Shown here piece by piece: positions 24,652 through 34,105 of a DNA stretch of 64,000 bases (positions within the stretch are counted from its first letter, which is position 1; every line of letters begins with the position of its first letter). Source of the stretch: a virus; IMG/VR virus record IMGVR_UViG_3300043409_000956, positions 29,093 through 93,092 of that record; one strand, 5' to 3'. The notes beneath the pieces are model-generated. The model ran no database searches, was not told the origin of the DNA, and saw nothing but the letters and a program-made list of their open reading frames with translations. A program made the translations under genes and the position numbers.

Positions 24652-25847
24652 TGCGTAAGTTGTTCTACATGGGACTAGAGCCCTACAAGGCCAGATATAC
24701 TCTACAGTTGCAAGACTGGAACGAAGCAGTCTTTCGGCGTCGTGGCATTGACTATGTGTTGGTGCCTGGTGATACATTAAGTAATGATCAGGCCATAGTG
24801 ACAGGACAAGTTCTAGATGCACATGGACGCACATACTTTGGCATGAGCCAACTTATGAATTTGGTCAAGATGATGAAGGCTGGAGAAGTCACAAATGAAG
24901 ATGTTGTGTACTTTGAAGACATGTTTCAGCCCGGAATTGAATCATTACCGTACATCATCAATCAAGTTCCAGAACATCTTAGGCCTAGGATTTATGTTCG
25001 TTGTCTTGCTCAGAGCATTGATCCTGATGATTTTGTTCATGTATGGGGTATGGGTAAATGGATGGGCTTGTATGAAAAAATGGTAGACAGTTTTGTTACT
25101 GGTGTATTGGCCAGTAACGAAGAAATGGTCATGCACATGAAAATTGCAGGCTGGGAAGCCCCTGTATACAACATCTCCGGACTAGCGTTCGGTCGAGATG
25201 AAGTCCGTGCAAGAGTACCAGGTGAATTGAAACCATTTGATCAACGTAAAATGCGTGTGGGCTTTGCGGCTAGATGGGATCAAGAAAAGCAACCAGACTT
25301 CTACATGGACTTGATTGAAGAATGGAATCGGAGACATGATGCCATGGGACTTGATCCCACGAATCGTGTGGAGTTTGCCATCTTCTCAGGTGCCGCACTA
25401 AAGAGCAATAACGACAGTTATATGGCCCGTACAAGAGACCTACAGGCTCGCGGACTGTTGACATTGTATGAGGATTTAGATAAAAATGACTATTATGCTT
25501 TGCTTGACGATACTAGGGTTTTATTTAATTGTGCTTTACAAGATTGGGTCTCAAACACTGTATCTGAGGCTGATACTCTGGGCTGTAATGTGCTTTACCC
25601 TGCTTATCGCAGTTTCCCCGAAACCTTTGCTAATGATCCTGACCGACTTTATGTCCCTTGGAGCATAGACGATGCTATCCGCAAGTTGATGGTGTTGCTG
25701 GCCAAGCCGCATGCCAACCTAGGTCGTATCAGCGCCTGGACTGACGGCACTATTGATCGCGTCTGCGATATTATGGAAGGCAAAGGCGAGTCTTGGCGGC
25801 GTATGAGTACAGACTATCGCCGGCACACACATGAATCAAAATTTTAA
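24651..25847 (+). CDS. GT-B fold glycosyltransferase
   Basis: FAARWDQEKQP and ALQDWVSNTVSEA...GC..LYP..SFPE GT4-like motifs. Confidence 0.8.
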   Translation: MRKLFYMGLEPYKARYTLQLQDWNEAVFRRRGIDYVLVPGDTLSNDQAIVTGQVLDAHGRTYFGMSQLMNLVKMMKAGEVTNEDVVYFEDMFQPGIESLPYIINQVPEHLRPRIYVRCLAQSIDPDDFVHVWGMGKWMGLYEKMVDSFVTGVLASNEEMVMHMKIAGWEAPVYNISGLAFGRDEVRARVPGELKPFDQRKMRVGFAARWDQEKQPDFYMDLIEEWNRRHDAMGLDPTNRVEFAIFSGAALKSNNDSYMARTRDLQARGLLTLYEDLDKNDYYALLDDTRVLFNCALQDWVSNTVSEADTLGCNVLYPAYRSFPETFANDPDRLYVPWSIDDAIRKLMVLLAKPHANLGRISAWTDGTIDRVCDIMEGKGESWRRMSTDYRRHTHESKF

Positions 25848-25859
25848 CAAAGGAAAAAT

Positions 25860-26309
25860 ATGTCTATTACTATTAAAAACTTAGAGGCGGCGTTTGCCGG
25901 TGAGTCACAGGCTCACACTAAATATCGCTATTTTGCAAAACTGGCTCGTGCCGAAGGATTTGAAGATGTTGCAAAACACTTTGAACATACAGCAGATCAA
26001 GAACTGCTACACGCATGGGGCCATTTAGAATTGATCATTGGCAAGCCAACAACTCGCGAATGTTTGGAAAAGGCTATCGAAGGTGAGACCTATGAGTTCA
26101 CCACAATGTATCCAGAGATGAAACATCAAGCCATTGTTGAAGGTGACGAACATGCTGTGCTTGAAGCAGACATGCAAATTGGCGAAAGTAAAGAACACGC
26201 AGAGCAATTTGCCGCTATTCTAGCCAAGGCAGAAAAGCGTTTTTCCGCTCTACAACGAGTAGAGCAACATCATGCAAATCTTTACAAACAAAAATTGGAG
26301 GCACTATAA
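25860..26309 (+). CDS. rbr: rubrerythrin (ferritin-like diiron)
   Basis: NLEAAFAGESQA, E..HA, GETYE...MYP, E..HA. Confidence 0.9.
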   Translation: MSITIKNLEAAFAGESQAHTKYRYFAKLARAEGFEDVAKHFEHTADQELLHAWGHLELIIGKPTTRECLEKAIEGETYEFTTMYPEMKHQAIVEGDEHAVLEADMQIGESKEHAEQFAAILAKAEKRFSALQRVEQHHANLYKQKLEAL

Positions 26310-26310
26310 T

Positions 26311-26439
26311 ATGGAACATGTATGTGTAATTTGTGGTCATGTACACGACGAAGAAACAGAAGGCAAATGGGAAGATCTTCCTGAGGACTTTCCTTGTCCT
26401 GAATGCGGTGGGTTCAAAGCAGACTACGAGTCTATTTAA
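26311..26439 (+). CDS. rubredoxin (42 aa), missed by ORF track
   Basis: MEHVCVICGHVHDE...WEDLPEDFPCPECG; GGAGG RBS. Confidence 0.9.
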   Translation: MEHVCVICGHVHDEETEGKWEDLPEDFPCPECGGFKADYESI

Positions 26440-26441
26440 AA

Positions 26442-27665
26442 ATGTCTAAGAAGAAATCTGAACAAGCGGAAGCAGTCAACGCCGAGTACGAGCAGTTAAT
26501 GGCGACTCTCAAGTTCACTCCACGTACCTATAAAATCTCCATGTGGGGCTATGGTGGTGAAATAGTCATGGGTACCGTGGATAAAAAAGTCTGGAACTAC
26601 TGCATGAAAAACTCAGTAGATCTGCAAGAAATAGCCTGGAGCGATGAAGACACTGTGCAAGATGAAATGGGATTAGATTTAGATCAGTTACCGTTTACAC
26701 CAGGGTCCTGGTATGAATGTGATAGCATGGCACATGTGAATGGGGTCAGTCGCGACTCGGGACACATCCAGATTGAAGATGAAAAAGGCAACACAGTATT
26801 TGAAAAAAGCCTAGATGACTGCGACGGTTGCGAAGACAGTCCGCAGTGGTCGGGGCAAGATGAAGTCTGGGTGGGCAGTCGCAAAAAAGGCGAAGTGGTA
26901 TTCATTGGTAGAAGCAACGAAAAAGGCACATTCTTCGACGGTGAGATTGAACTGCGAGCCCCGTTTGATATTGAAAAACTAGAACTCTACTACGATGAAG
27001 TGGACGGAGAAGAGATTGTGAACTCCGTGATGTATGACGGTGAAGAAATCGACAACAACGGTGGCAGCACTGACGGCAAGAGTTCAGACATGATCATGGT
27101 TCGGCTCACTGACAACAAGGGAAACTTTGAACGCTATGCACCCGAAGAGAAAGATTGGGGTCATCCTCCACATGGTTCAAGTCCCAGCACCTGGGAAAAG
27201 TCTAAAACATTTAAGTTTACAAAAGTCCAACCCACACTGCCTGGGTATTACAGTTGTACCTGGAAGCACTATGGCACAACATATGGCACAGCATACTGGG
27301 ATGGCACACAGTTTGGCGAATGGGAATACGGCAAGTTCAATCCTATTACAGGAGAGATTGTGACTTGGTCGGGCTATAACTGGGACACTGGTTCATGGGT
27401 CAACCAACCACCAGAACCTGTAGATATTGCGTGTGACAATAAAAAATGCGGTTGGGTAGGCAAGAGTGAGGATCGTCGCACTGACGATGACTACAACGAT
27501 CACTGCCCCGAATGTGATGGCACAGAGTTTACTTGGATTGACTATGATCCAGACTCAGCAGTTGGACGCAAGAATCGTGCTAAGTACTGTCGAGAGTGGG
27601 ATCCTGCAATTGCCATGGATCGTATTGTTGCTACTGCAACAGAACAAAGTTTAGAAGAAAAGTAA
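26442..27665 (+). CDS. acidic hypothetical protein with C-terminal Zn-ribbon
   Basis: ATG 26442; CDNKKCGW...HCPECD. Confidence 0.75.
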   Translation: MSKKKSEQAEAVNAEYEQLMATLKFTPRTYKISMWGYGGEIVMGTVDKKVWNYCMKNSVDLQEIAWSDEDTVQDEMGLDLDQLPFTPGSWYECDSMAHVNGVSRDSGHIQIEDEKGNTVFEKSLDDCDGCEDSPQWSGQDEVWVGSRKKGEVVFIGRSNEKGTFFDGEIELRAPFDIEKLELYYDEVDGEEIVNSVMYDGEEIDNNGGSTDGKSSDMIMVRLTDNKGNFERYAPEEKDWGHPPHGSSPSTWEKSKTFKFTKVQPTLPGYYSCTWKHYGTTYGTAYWDGTQFGEWEYGKFNPITGEIVTWSGYNWDTGSWVNQPPEPVDIACDNKKCGWVGKSEDRRTDDDYNDHCPECDGTEFTWIDYDPDSAVGRKNRAKYCREWDPAIAMDRIVATATEQSLEEK

Positions 27666-27689
27666 TCATTTAACATAAAGGAAAATAAA

Positions 27690-27872
27690 ATGACTGATTT
27701 AAAAGCACCGTTTGAAGCATACTTGGCTGAGAACGAAAAATTCGAAGGTGGTAACAATGCCGCAGGTACCCGTGCTCGCAAAGCATTGGCCGAACTAGGT
27801 AAAGCAGTCAAGGCACGCCGTAACGAAATTACCGAAACTAAAAATGCGAGAGTTGCCGCTAAAGCAAAATAA
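27690..27872 (+). CDS. histone H1-like (Hc1 family) small basic protein
   Basis: KFEGGNNAAGTRARKAL.EL.K..K.RR.EI. Confidence 0.8.
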   Translation: MTDLKAPFEAYLAENEKFEGGNNAAGTRARKALAELGKAVKARRNEITETKNARVAAKAK

Positions 27873-28843
27873 TGAACAGAACTGTTGTTGTAACAGGTGG
27901 ATGTGGCTACATAGGTAGCCATGTTGCTCGTGCATTTAAACAAAACAATGATACTGTACACATCATTGATCAAGTCAACCGCGAGCATACTCTCAAAGAC
28001 ATTGATGGATATCTGATTGCCGACTTTGCCAGTGACGAAGCCCTGGCTATGATAGTTAACCTAGCACCCGATGTTGTTGTACATTGTGCTGGCACCAGCT
28101 TGGTTGGGCCCAGCATAACTGACCCCGCCGAATACTACACAAACAACATAGTCAAGACCATTGCCTTGTTGAATGTTGTTAGACACATGTCCAAACGGCC
28201 TGTGATACTGTTTAGCAGTAGTGCCAGTGTGTACGGCGTACCTGATACTTGGCCCACCGATGAAGGCAGTGACATACAACCCATCAGTCCCTACGGTGCT
28301 ACCAAGGCCATGACTGAACGCATACTAGATGACTATTTCAAAGCATACGACATTCATAGTATGTGTTTTAGATATTTTAATGCGGCAGGTGCCGAGCCTT
28401 TTAATTCGGATCTTGGGCAAGAACCTGGTGCAACACATATTGTTGCTCGTGCATTAGAAGCCAGCATTGCTAATCGTGCATTTACAATCAACGGTGACGA
28501 CTACGATACCGACGATGGTACTTGTGTTCGAGACTATGTGCATGTATGGGATTTAGCTCAGGCACATATACTAGGTGTCAACTACCTGCTAGATGACTAT
28601 CCGCAACCAGGTGCTTATGTTTTAAATCTTGGCACTCGAGAGGGAATAAGTAATAAACAAATCGTTGATTATGTGTTTAACAAATACGGATTACCATTTG
28701 TTAACTACGGACCAAAGCGGCCGGGCGACCCAGATATACTCGTAGCCGATGCTACACAAGCAAAGAACCTATTGGGATGGGTGCCCAAGTACAGCAACAT
28801 TGAAACTATTATCAACTCAGCACACAAATGGTATACTAAATGA
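27872..28843 (+). CDS. galE: UDP-glucose 4-epimerase
   Basis: TGGCGYIGSH, FSSSASVYG, YGATK, RYFNAAGA, DGTCVRDYVHV. Confidence 0.92.
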   Translation: MNRTVVVTGGCGYIGSHVARAFKQNNDTVHIIDQVNREHTLKDIDGYLIADFASDEALAMIVNLAPDVVVHCAGTSLVGPSITDPAEYYTNNIVKTIALLNVVRHMSKRPVILFSSSASVYGVPDTWPTDEGSDIQPISPYGATKAMTERILDDYFKAYDIHSMCFRYFNAAGAEPFNSDLGQEPGATHIVARALEASIANRAFTINGDDYDTDDGTCVRDYVHVWDLAQAHILGVNYLLDDYPQPGAYVLNLGTREGISNKQIVDYVFNKYGLPFVNYGPKRPGDPDILVADATQAKNLLGWVPKYSNIETIINSAHKWYTK

Positions 28844-29199
28844 CAAGACTATACGGACAAGTAGAAAAAGGGTGGGGTTCAGAAGAAATCTGGGCCAGCA
28901 ACGACCGATACTGCGGTAAGTTAATGAACTTTAATACCGGTGCAAAATTCAGTATGCATTTCCATGCAGAAAAAGATGAGAGCTGGTATGTGCTCAGTGG
29001 AAAGTTCAGTGTACACTACATCGACACCGTAGATGCCAGTCTACGTACAGCAGAACTGAATCCTGGAGACACATGGCATAACCTACCATTGTTGCCACAT
29101 CAATTAGAGTGTGTTGAAGCTGGTACTGTAATCGAAGTTAGTACACCAGACAGCGTAGAAGACAACTATCGTGTGGGTAAAGGTGATAGTCAACGATGA
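28840..29199 (+). CDS. cupin sugar isomerase-like protein
   Basis: KGWG.E, SMHFH..KDE.WYV, PHQL, EVST. Confidence 0.8.
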   Translation: MTRLYGQVEKGWGSEEIWASNDRYCGKLMNFNTGAKFSMHFHAEKDESWYVLSGKFSVHYIDTVDASLRTAELNPGDTWHNLPLLPHQLECVEAGTVIEVSTPDSVEDNYRVGKGDSQR

Positions 29200-29606
29200 C
29201 TCGAGTATTTGTTAACGGCACCTTTGATATTATGCATCGAGGTCATCTCGAAATGCTCGAATATGCTCGTAGCCTTGGTGATGAAGTATTGGTTGCCATA
29301 GATTCTGACAGACGTGTTCGAGAACTAAAAGGCGGTGGCCGACCTATCAATAACCAAATAGATAGACAATTTATGCTAGAAAGTTTAAAATACGTTGACA
29401 GAGTTTGCATTTTTGATTCTGACGCGGAATTAATCAACACAATCAAACAGTATGATGTTGACGTTATGGTCAAGGGCAGTGACTATAAAGGTTATCCTAT
29501 AATTGGACAAGAGTACTGTAAACACATTGAATTTTTTAAATTAATAAATGAATACTCAACAACCAAAGCAATTCAACATATTGCTGATCGGCGACGACTG
29601 CATTGA
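29196..29606 (+). CDS. hldC: heptose-1-phosphate adenylyltransferase-like (RfaE domain II)
   Basis: NGTFDIMHRGH, DSD..V..LKG..RP, VKGSDY, YSTT. Confidence 0.85.
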   Translation: MTRVFVNGTFDIMHRGHLEMLEYARSLGDEVLVAIDSDRRVRELKGGGRPINNQIDRQFMLESLKYVDRVCIFDSDAELINTIKQYDVDVMVKGSDYKGYPIIGQEYCKHIEFFKLINEYSTTKAIQHIADRRRLH

Positions 29607-30294
29607 TGTATACCAATTTGGCACTGTAGATCGCATCAGTCCCGAAGCTCCTGTACCTGTATTTGAATGCACCCATAAGGATACCAAACCCGGCATGGCC
29701 GGCAATGTGGCCAAGAACTTGGAAGCACTGGGTTGTCGGGTCACATACCTACACAACGAAACATCAACCAAGACCAGACTAATTGATGTTCGTAGTAAGC
29801 AACAAATTGTACGCATAGACAGCGACAGTCGATGCACACCGTTAACATTTGATACTGTTATCCCACCAGGGTATGATGCTATTGTTGTCAGTGATTATAA
29901 CAAGGGTACAGTAACATATGAATTACTTACGGAGTTACGTGAAGGTTTTGCAGGTCCCATCTTTGTTGACACAAAGAAAACAGATCTGGCACAACTGGAA
30001 GGTTGTATTGTAAAGATTAATCAACTTGAGTCGAGTCGTATTACCAGTCGGTGTACAGACTTGATTGTAACACAAGGTGACAAGGGTGCGGTCTGGAGTG
30101 ACATACATTTTACTGCCAGACGTGTAGAAGTTGCTGATGTGTGTGGTGCTGGGGATACATTCCTAGCCGCACTAACTTACAAATATCTAACAGAAGACAA
30201 CATGCCGCCTGCTATAAACTTTGCTATCCGTGCCAGTGCTGTTACTGTACAGCACATCGGTAACTATGCACCCACTGTAGAGGAAATTGCATGA
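29548..30294 (+). CDS. hldA: heptose-7-phosphate kinase-like (RfaE domain I, PfkB)
   Basis: RISPEAPVPV, GMAGNVA.NL, SDYNKG, DVCGAGDTF. Confidence 0.88.
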   Translation: MNTQQPKQFNILLIGDDCIDVYQFGTVDRISPEAPVPVFECTHKDTKPGMAGNVAKNLEALGCRVTYLHNETSTKTRLIDVRSKQQIVRIDSDSRCTPLTFDTVIPPGYDAIVVSDYNKGTVTYELLTELREGFAGPIFVDTKKTDLAQLEGCIVKINQLESSRITSRCTDLIVTQGDKGAVWSDIHFTARRVEVADVCGAGDTFLAALTYKYLTEDNMPPAINFAIRASAVTVQHIGNYAPTVEEIA

Positions 30295-31136
30295 AAGTAA
30301 TGGTCACAGGTAGTCGAGGTTTTATTGGACAAAACTTAATCGCCTACTTAAAACTACACACTGACTGGCATGTGGATGGTTGGAATATCACAGACAACCC
30401 AGATCTATTGTTCAACGACTATGACTGGATCATTCACTTGGGCGCAAACTCAAGTACTGTGGAGCGTGATGTTGACAGCATAATGCGTACCAATTATGAT
30501 TTTAGTCGTTGGCTATATCAACGCTGTTGCGAAGAGGGTATCAACTTACAATACGCCAGTAGTGCCAGTGTTTACGGCGTTGTATCAGATTTCAAAGAAA
30601 CTAGCCCACCAGATCCACGTAATCCCTATGCTTGGAGCAAGTACTTGTTTGATCGACATGTGGAACAAAATCCCACAGACCGAATCGTTGTGCAGGGATT
30701 TAGATACTTTAATGTATACGGTCACTATGAAGAACACAAAGGTGGACAAGCAAGCCCTGTTACGCAATTCAGACGGCAGGCCGAGTCTACAGGTGTTATC
30801 AAACTATTCCACGACAGCGACAAGTATCTGCGTGATTTTATCTGTGTGGAAGATGTTGCTTGGACACACTTACAGTTCGCACAACGAGTGCCCAAGTCCG
30901 GTGTTTGGAATGTGGGCACTGGAAATGCTGTTAGTTTTAAATACGTTGCTGATCAAATCGTAATGGTAACTCATGCCGACATTGAATACATAGACATGCC
31001 CGAAGTATTAAAGGGCAACTATCAAGCATATACCCGCGCCGATATTGCCAAGTTGTACGAAGCAATAGGTCCACAAAATTGGATGACCGTTAGAGAATGG
31101 ATCAAGGTAAACCCCGATGTTCGACGATTTATATAA
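30291..31136 (+). CDS. hldD: ADP-L-glycero-D-manno-heptose 6-epimerase
   Basis: TGSRGFIG, HLGA.SST, YASSASVYG, YAWSK, FRYFNVYG..E.HKG..AS, YQAYT.AD. Confidence 0.88.
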   Translation: MKVMVTGSRGFIGQNLIAYLKLHTDWHVDGWNITDNPDLLFNDYDWIIHLGANSSTVERDVDSIMRTNYDFSRWLYQRCCEEGINLQYASSASVYGVVSDFKETSPPDPRNPYAWSKYLFDRHVEQNPTDRIVVQGFRYFNVYGHYEEHKGGQASPVTQFRRQAESTGVIKLFHDSDKYLRDFICVEDVAWTHLQFAQRVPKSGVWNVGTGNAVSFKYVADQIVMVTHADIEYIDMPEVLKGNYQAYTRADIAKLYEAIGPQNWMTVREWIKVNPDVRRFI

Positions 31137-31701
31137 ATTTGAATCTGCATTAGCAAAGTATACCGGAGCTCCGTATGTGGTGGTTACAGATGGATGCACC
31201 CATGCCATAGAGTTATGCTTTAGGTTCAACCGTATTACCGCCTGTGAGTTCTCTGCATTTACCTATATCAGTATCCCACAATTAATGCGACAACTGGGTG
31301 TACACTATACCTTAAGGTCGGACTATTGGAACACCATTGGTGAATACAATTTTATAGGTACTAATATTTGGGATAGTGCCAGGCTATTACGTAGAGGCAT
31401 GTACAAGCCAGGCCAGATCCAATGTCTCAGCTTTGGTCACGGCAAGCCACTAAGTGTTGGCAAGGCTGGTGCTATCTTAACAGACTCTTACGCACAGTAT
31501 AGAGAACTGAGCCTAATGCGTAGTGATGGAAGAGATCTTTTAGTTACACCCTGGGAACGTCAACAGACATTCGGTGAGGGCTATCACTACTGTCCAACAC
31601 TAGAAACTTGTAGAATGGGTTTAGATTTATTGGATATGGTTAGTCAAGAACCTAAATATCATCAATATCCGGACTTGAGAACCATTGACTTTACAAGTTA
31701 A
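31117..31701 (+). CDS. short DegT/DnrJ-like PLP protein
   Basis: FE..LA.Y.G....V..D.CT.A and CLSFGHGKPL..G.AGAIL; only 194 aa. Confidence 0.7.
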   Translation: MFDDLYKFESALAKYTGAPYVVVTDGCTHAIELCFRFNRITACEFSAFTYISIPQLMRQLGVHYTLRSDYWNTIGEYNFIGTNIWDSARLLRRGMYKPGQIQCLSFGHGKPLSVGKAGAILTDSYAQYRELSLMRSDGRDLLVTPWERQQTFGEGYHYCPTLETCRMGLDLLDMVSQEPKYHQYPDLRTIDFTS

Positions 31702-31713
31702 AGATATTACAAT
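31685..31713 (+). promoter_or_regulatory. sigma70 promoter for folE
   Basis: TTGACT-17bp-TACAAT. Confidence 0.6.
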
Positions 31714-31719
31714 ACAACA

Positions 31720-31747
31720 AAGACATCCTCGTCTTAATAACTCGGAG
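31720..31747 (+). promoter_or_regulatory. folE leader hairpin/pseudoknot pairing with the SD
   Basis: AAGAC/GTCTT stem; loop TCC complementary to GGA of GGAG. Confidence 0.4.
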
Positions 31748-31754
31748 AACTAAA

Positions 31755-32489
31755 TTGAACGAAAATTGGATTGACACCATAGACGACAAGGGCTATGAAG
31801 AAGGTTACTTAGGCAACGCTATTCGCTTTCGAATGAAGCGTGACGGCAAAAGGTTTTGGGCCGGCGACAACATCAGTGACTATGTCAGCGAAGCAGATAA
31901 AGAACAACTAATCGACGATGCCGCAGAAGCATTTGAAGGTGTACTTGATGCACTACTAATTGATCGAGAAACTGATCCCAACAGTCAAGGTACAGCACGA
32001 CGACTGGCCAAAATGTACTTTAATGAAGTAATGGCTGGACGTTATGAACCAAGTCCCAATGCCACAGCCTTTCCTAACGATACCGACGGCAAATACGAAG
32101 GCATGTTGGTAGTACGCAGTGAGCTCAAATCAATGTGTAGTCATCATCACCAGCCGGTGTCGGGTGTGGCATACATTGGTATTATTGCAGGACCAAAACT
32201 AATCGGACTTAGCAAGTATACTCGTATTGCACAATGGTGTGCCCGTAGAGGTACCTTACAAGAAGAATTGTGTATGGATATTGCCCGCGAAATTGAATAT
32301 GCAACAGGATCGCCAGACGTGGGTGTTTACATACAGGCCACCCACGGTTGTTGTGAGAATCGTGGTATTATGGCTCACAGTAGTTTGACACAAACTACGG
32401 TATTGCATGGCGCCTTCCAAGCTGACCAAAGCACAAAGAAGGAATTCTTTGACAACATCAAACTACAACAAGACTTTGCACCCCGCTAA
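31755..32489 (+). CDS. folE: GTP cyclohydrolase I
   Basis: TARRLAKMY, SMCSHHH, GLSKY.RI, LQEEL, HGCCENRG. Confidence 0.95.
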   Translation: MNENWIDTIDDKGYEEGYLGNAIRFRMKRDGKRFWAGDNISDYVSEADKEQLIDDAAEAFEGVLDALLIDRETDPNSQGTARRLAKMYFNEVMAGRYEPSPNATAFPNDTDGKYEGMLVVRSELKSMCSHHHQPVSGVAYIGIIAGPKLIGLSKYTRIAQWCARRGTLQEELCMDIAREIEYATGSPDVGVYIQATHGCCENRGIMAHSSLTQTTVLHGAFQADQSTKKEFFDNIKLQQDFAPR

Positions 32490-32525
32490 TTTGGCACAAA
32501 CGGCGATCTTTGTTACAATGCTTGC

Positions 32526-33320
32526 ATGAACCTAATAAATTTACTTAAAACCGGCTTTGTAATACTTTTGTACACCCTGTGTAACATGGGGAATTGTAAC
32601 AGTTTACAATTTATAGATGCGCCTAAACGTTTTTTTGGCAGTAAAGATCCCACTACCATTTACACTTTTAGTAACTCAAATGCTCGGGCTACAATAATAT
32701 TCTTTCCTGGTGGTGACGGTAGTTTTAAAATAAACGAAAACATAAAGAATCACAAAGGCCTGCCGCGGATGCTACAAATGATTGCTGATGCAGGTTATAA
32801 TGTAGTGTTTGTAGATAGTCCGTATCCGTTATTGGACTCTGGATCGGGCGGGTATCCCGCAATGCGAGATTCCGGCGATCATCTAGATAGAATGGATTCT
32901 GTATTAAAGCATCATCAAGGGCAAAATTTACCAATCTGGCTAATGGGTCATAGCAACGGGTCGTTTACTGTAAGTTCCTTTTTTTATCGCTTGCAAAAAG
33001 AACATAGAACAAAAGAAATCAGCGGAATAATTCTGTCAGGCACACGCAATGTTGCAAAGTTTCAAGATTCAATGGATACTAATGTTATATTTGTGCATCA
33101 TGAAAAAGATGGATGTTTTAACACATTATATCGAGATGCTGTAAACAATTACAACAAAGTAAAATCGTTTAACCAAGGACCAACTACGTTTATAACTATC
33201 ACCGGTGGCACTAGCGGTAGTATCCCCGGTGGTCCCAGCGGCCCCTGCTATTCGGGATACCATATGTATTATGATGCTCATACCGAAACTGTGCAAAATA
33301 TTTTATCTAAATTACCGTAA
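32526..33320 (+). CDS. alpha/beta hydrolase, probably secreted
   Basis: FPGGDG oxyanion loop, GHSNG nucleophile elbow, HH..DGC, distal His. Confidence 0.8.
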   Translation: MNLINLLKTGFVILLYTLCNMGNCNSLQFIDAPKRFFGSKDPTTIYTFSNSNARATIIFFPGGDGSFKINENIKNHKGLPRMLQMIADAGYNVVFVDSPYPLLDSGSGGYPAMRDSGDHLDRMDSVLKHHQGQNLPIWLMGHSNGSFTVSSFFYRLQKEHRTKEISGIILSGTRNVAKFQDSMDTNVIFVHHEKDGCFNTLYRDAVNNYNKVKSFNQGPTTFITITGGTSGSIPGGPSGPCYSGYHMYYDAHTETVQNILSKLP

Positions 33321-33329
33321 GGAGATGTA

Positions 33330-33788
33330 ATGAAGTGGTTACTTGACTTTTTAGAAAAGCATGGTCGCAAACGCATAGTCATGGATCGTGTCAATAACGA
33401 GCCATACTTAGAACGCTACTATCTTTTCTTAAAGGATCGTAAGCGTTTTCCCTTTAATGTGTTTTTACACAAATTCTTAAAATCAGATCCAGATGATGTG
33501 CATGACCATCCTTGGCCCTATGCCACAGTTATTCTCAAAGGTGGGTATTGGGAATGGACCCCACAGTTTGACAGCTCGGGTAAAAAGATTAATGAAATTG
33601 CCAATTGGCGTGGTGCTGGACACTTTCGCGTTTGCAGTGCCAACAGTTATCACCGCATCGAACTTGATCCTACTGTAGAGTGTTGGACCTTGTTCATGCC
33701 TGGACCACAGACTCAAGATTGGGGATTTCTAACTCGCACGGGTTGGGTACAACATGAACAATATTTAGATGCTAGGGCTGGCAAATGA
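33330..33788 (+). CDS. cupin-fold hypothetical protein
   Basis: LHKFLKSD, HDHPW, GGYWE, HRIEL, WTLF..GP...WGF. Confidence 0.75.
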   Translation: MKWLLDFLEKHGRKRIVMDRVNNEPYLERYYLFLKDRKRFPFNVFLHKFLKSDPDDVHDHPWPYATVILKGGYWEWTPQFDSSGKKINEIANWRGAGHFRVCSANSYHRIELDPTVECWTLFMPGPQTQDWGFLTRTGWVQHEQYLDARAGK

Positions 33789-34105
33789 TGCAACTGCCGC
33801 CAGGTGTTACAGTCAACTACTTTATTGCCATTGAGATTGATCGATTAACTGAAGAAATGGTCGACTGGTTTGAGATGATAGGCGGCCAAGTTGGCAAAGA
33901 AATCAAATGGACCAGGCGCGGTAGTACTATCAATTTGCCCGTTGTGCAATATGGCCAAGGCAAGCCCAGTTACTACAGACAAGATGGATCAGGCAGTGTG
34001 CGTCTAAATTTCCACGGTGATGATGCCAGTGCGGCCAGTATGTTTATATTGAAATTCATGGAACATGTTCAACAACACAATTTGAAAGAGGTACACTTTG
34101 CATAA
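33785..34105 (+). CDS. hypothetical protein
   Basis: Coupled ORF. Confidence 0.7.
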   Translation: MMQLPPGVTVNYFIAIEIDRLTEEMVDWFEMIGGQVGKEIKWTRRGSTINLPVVQYGQGKPSYYRQDGSGSVRLNFHGDDASAASMFILKFMEHVQQHNLKEVHFA

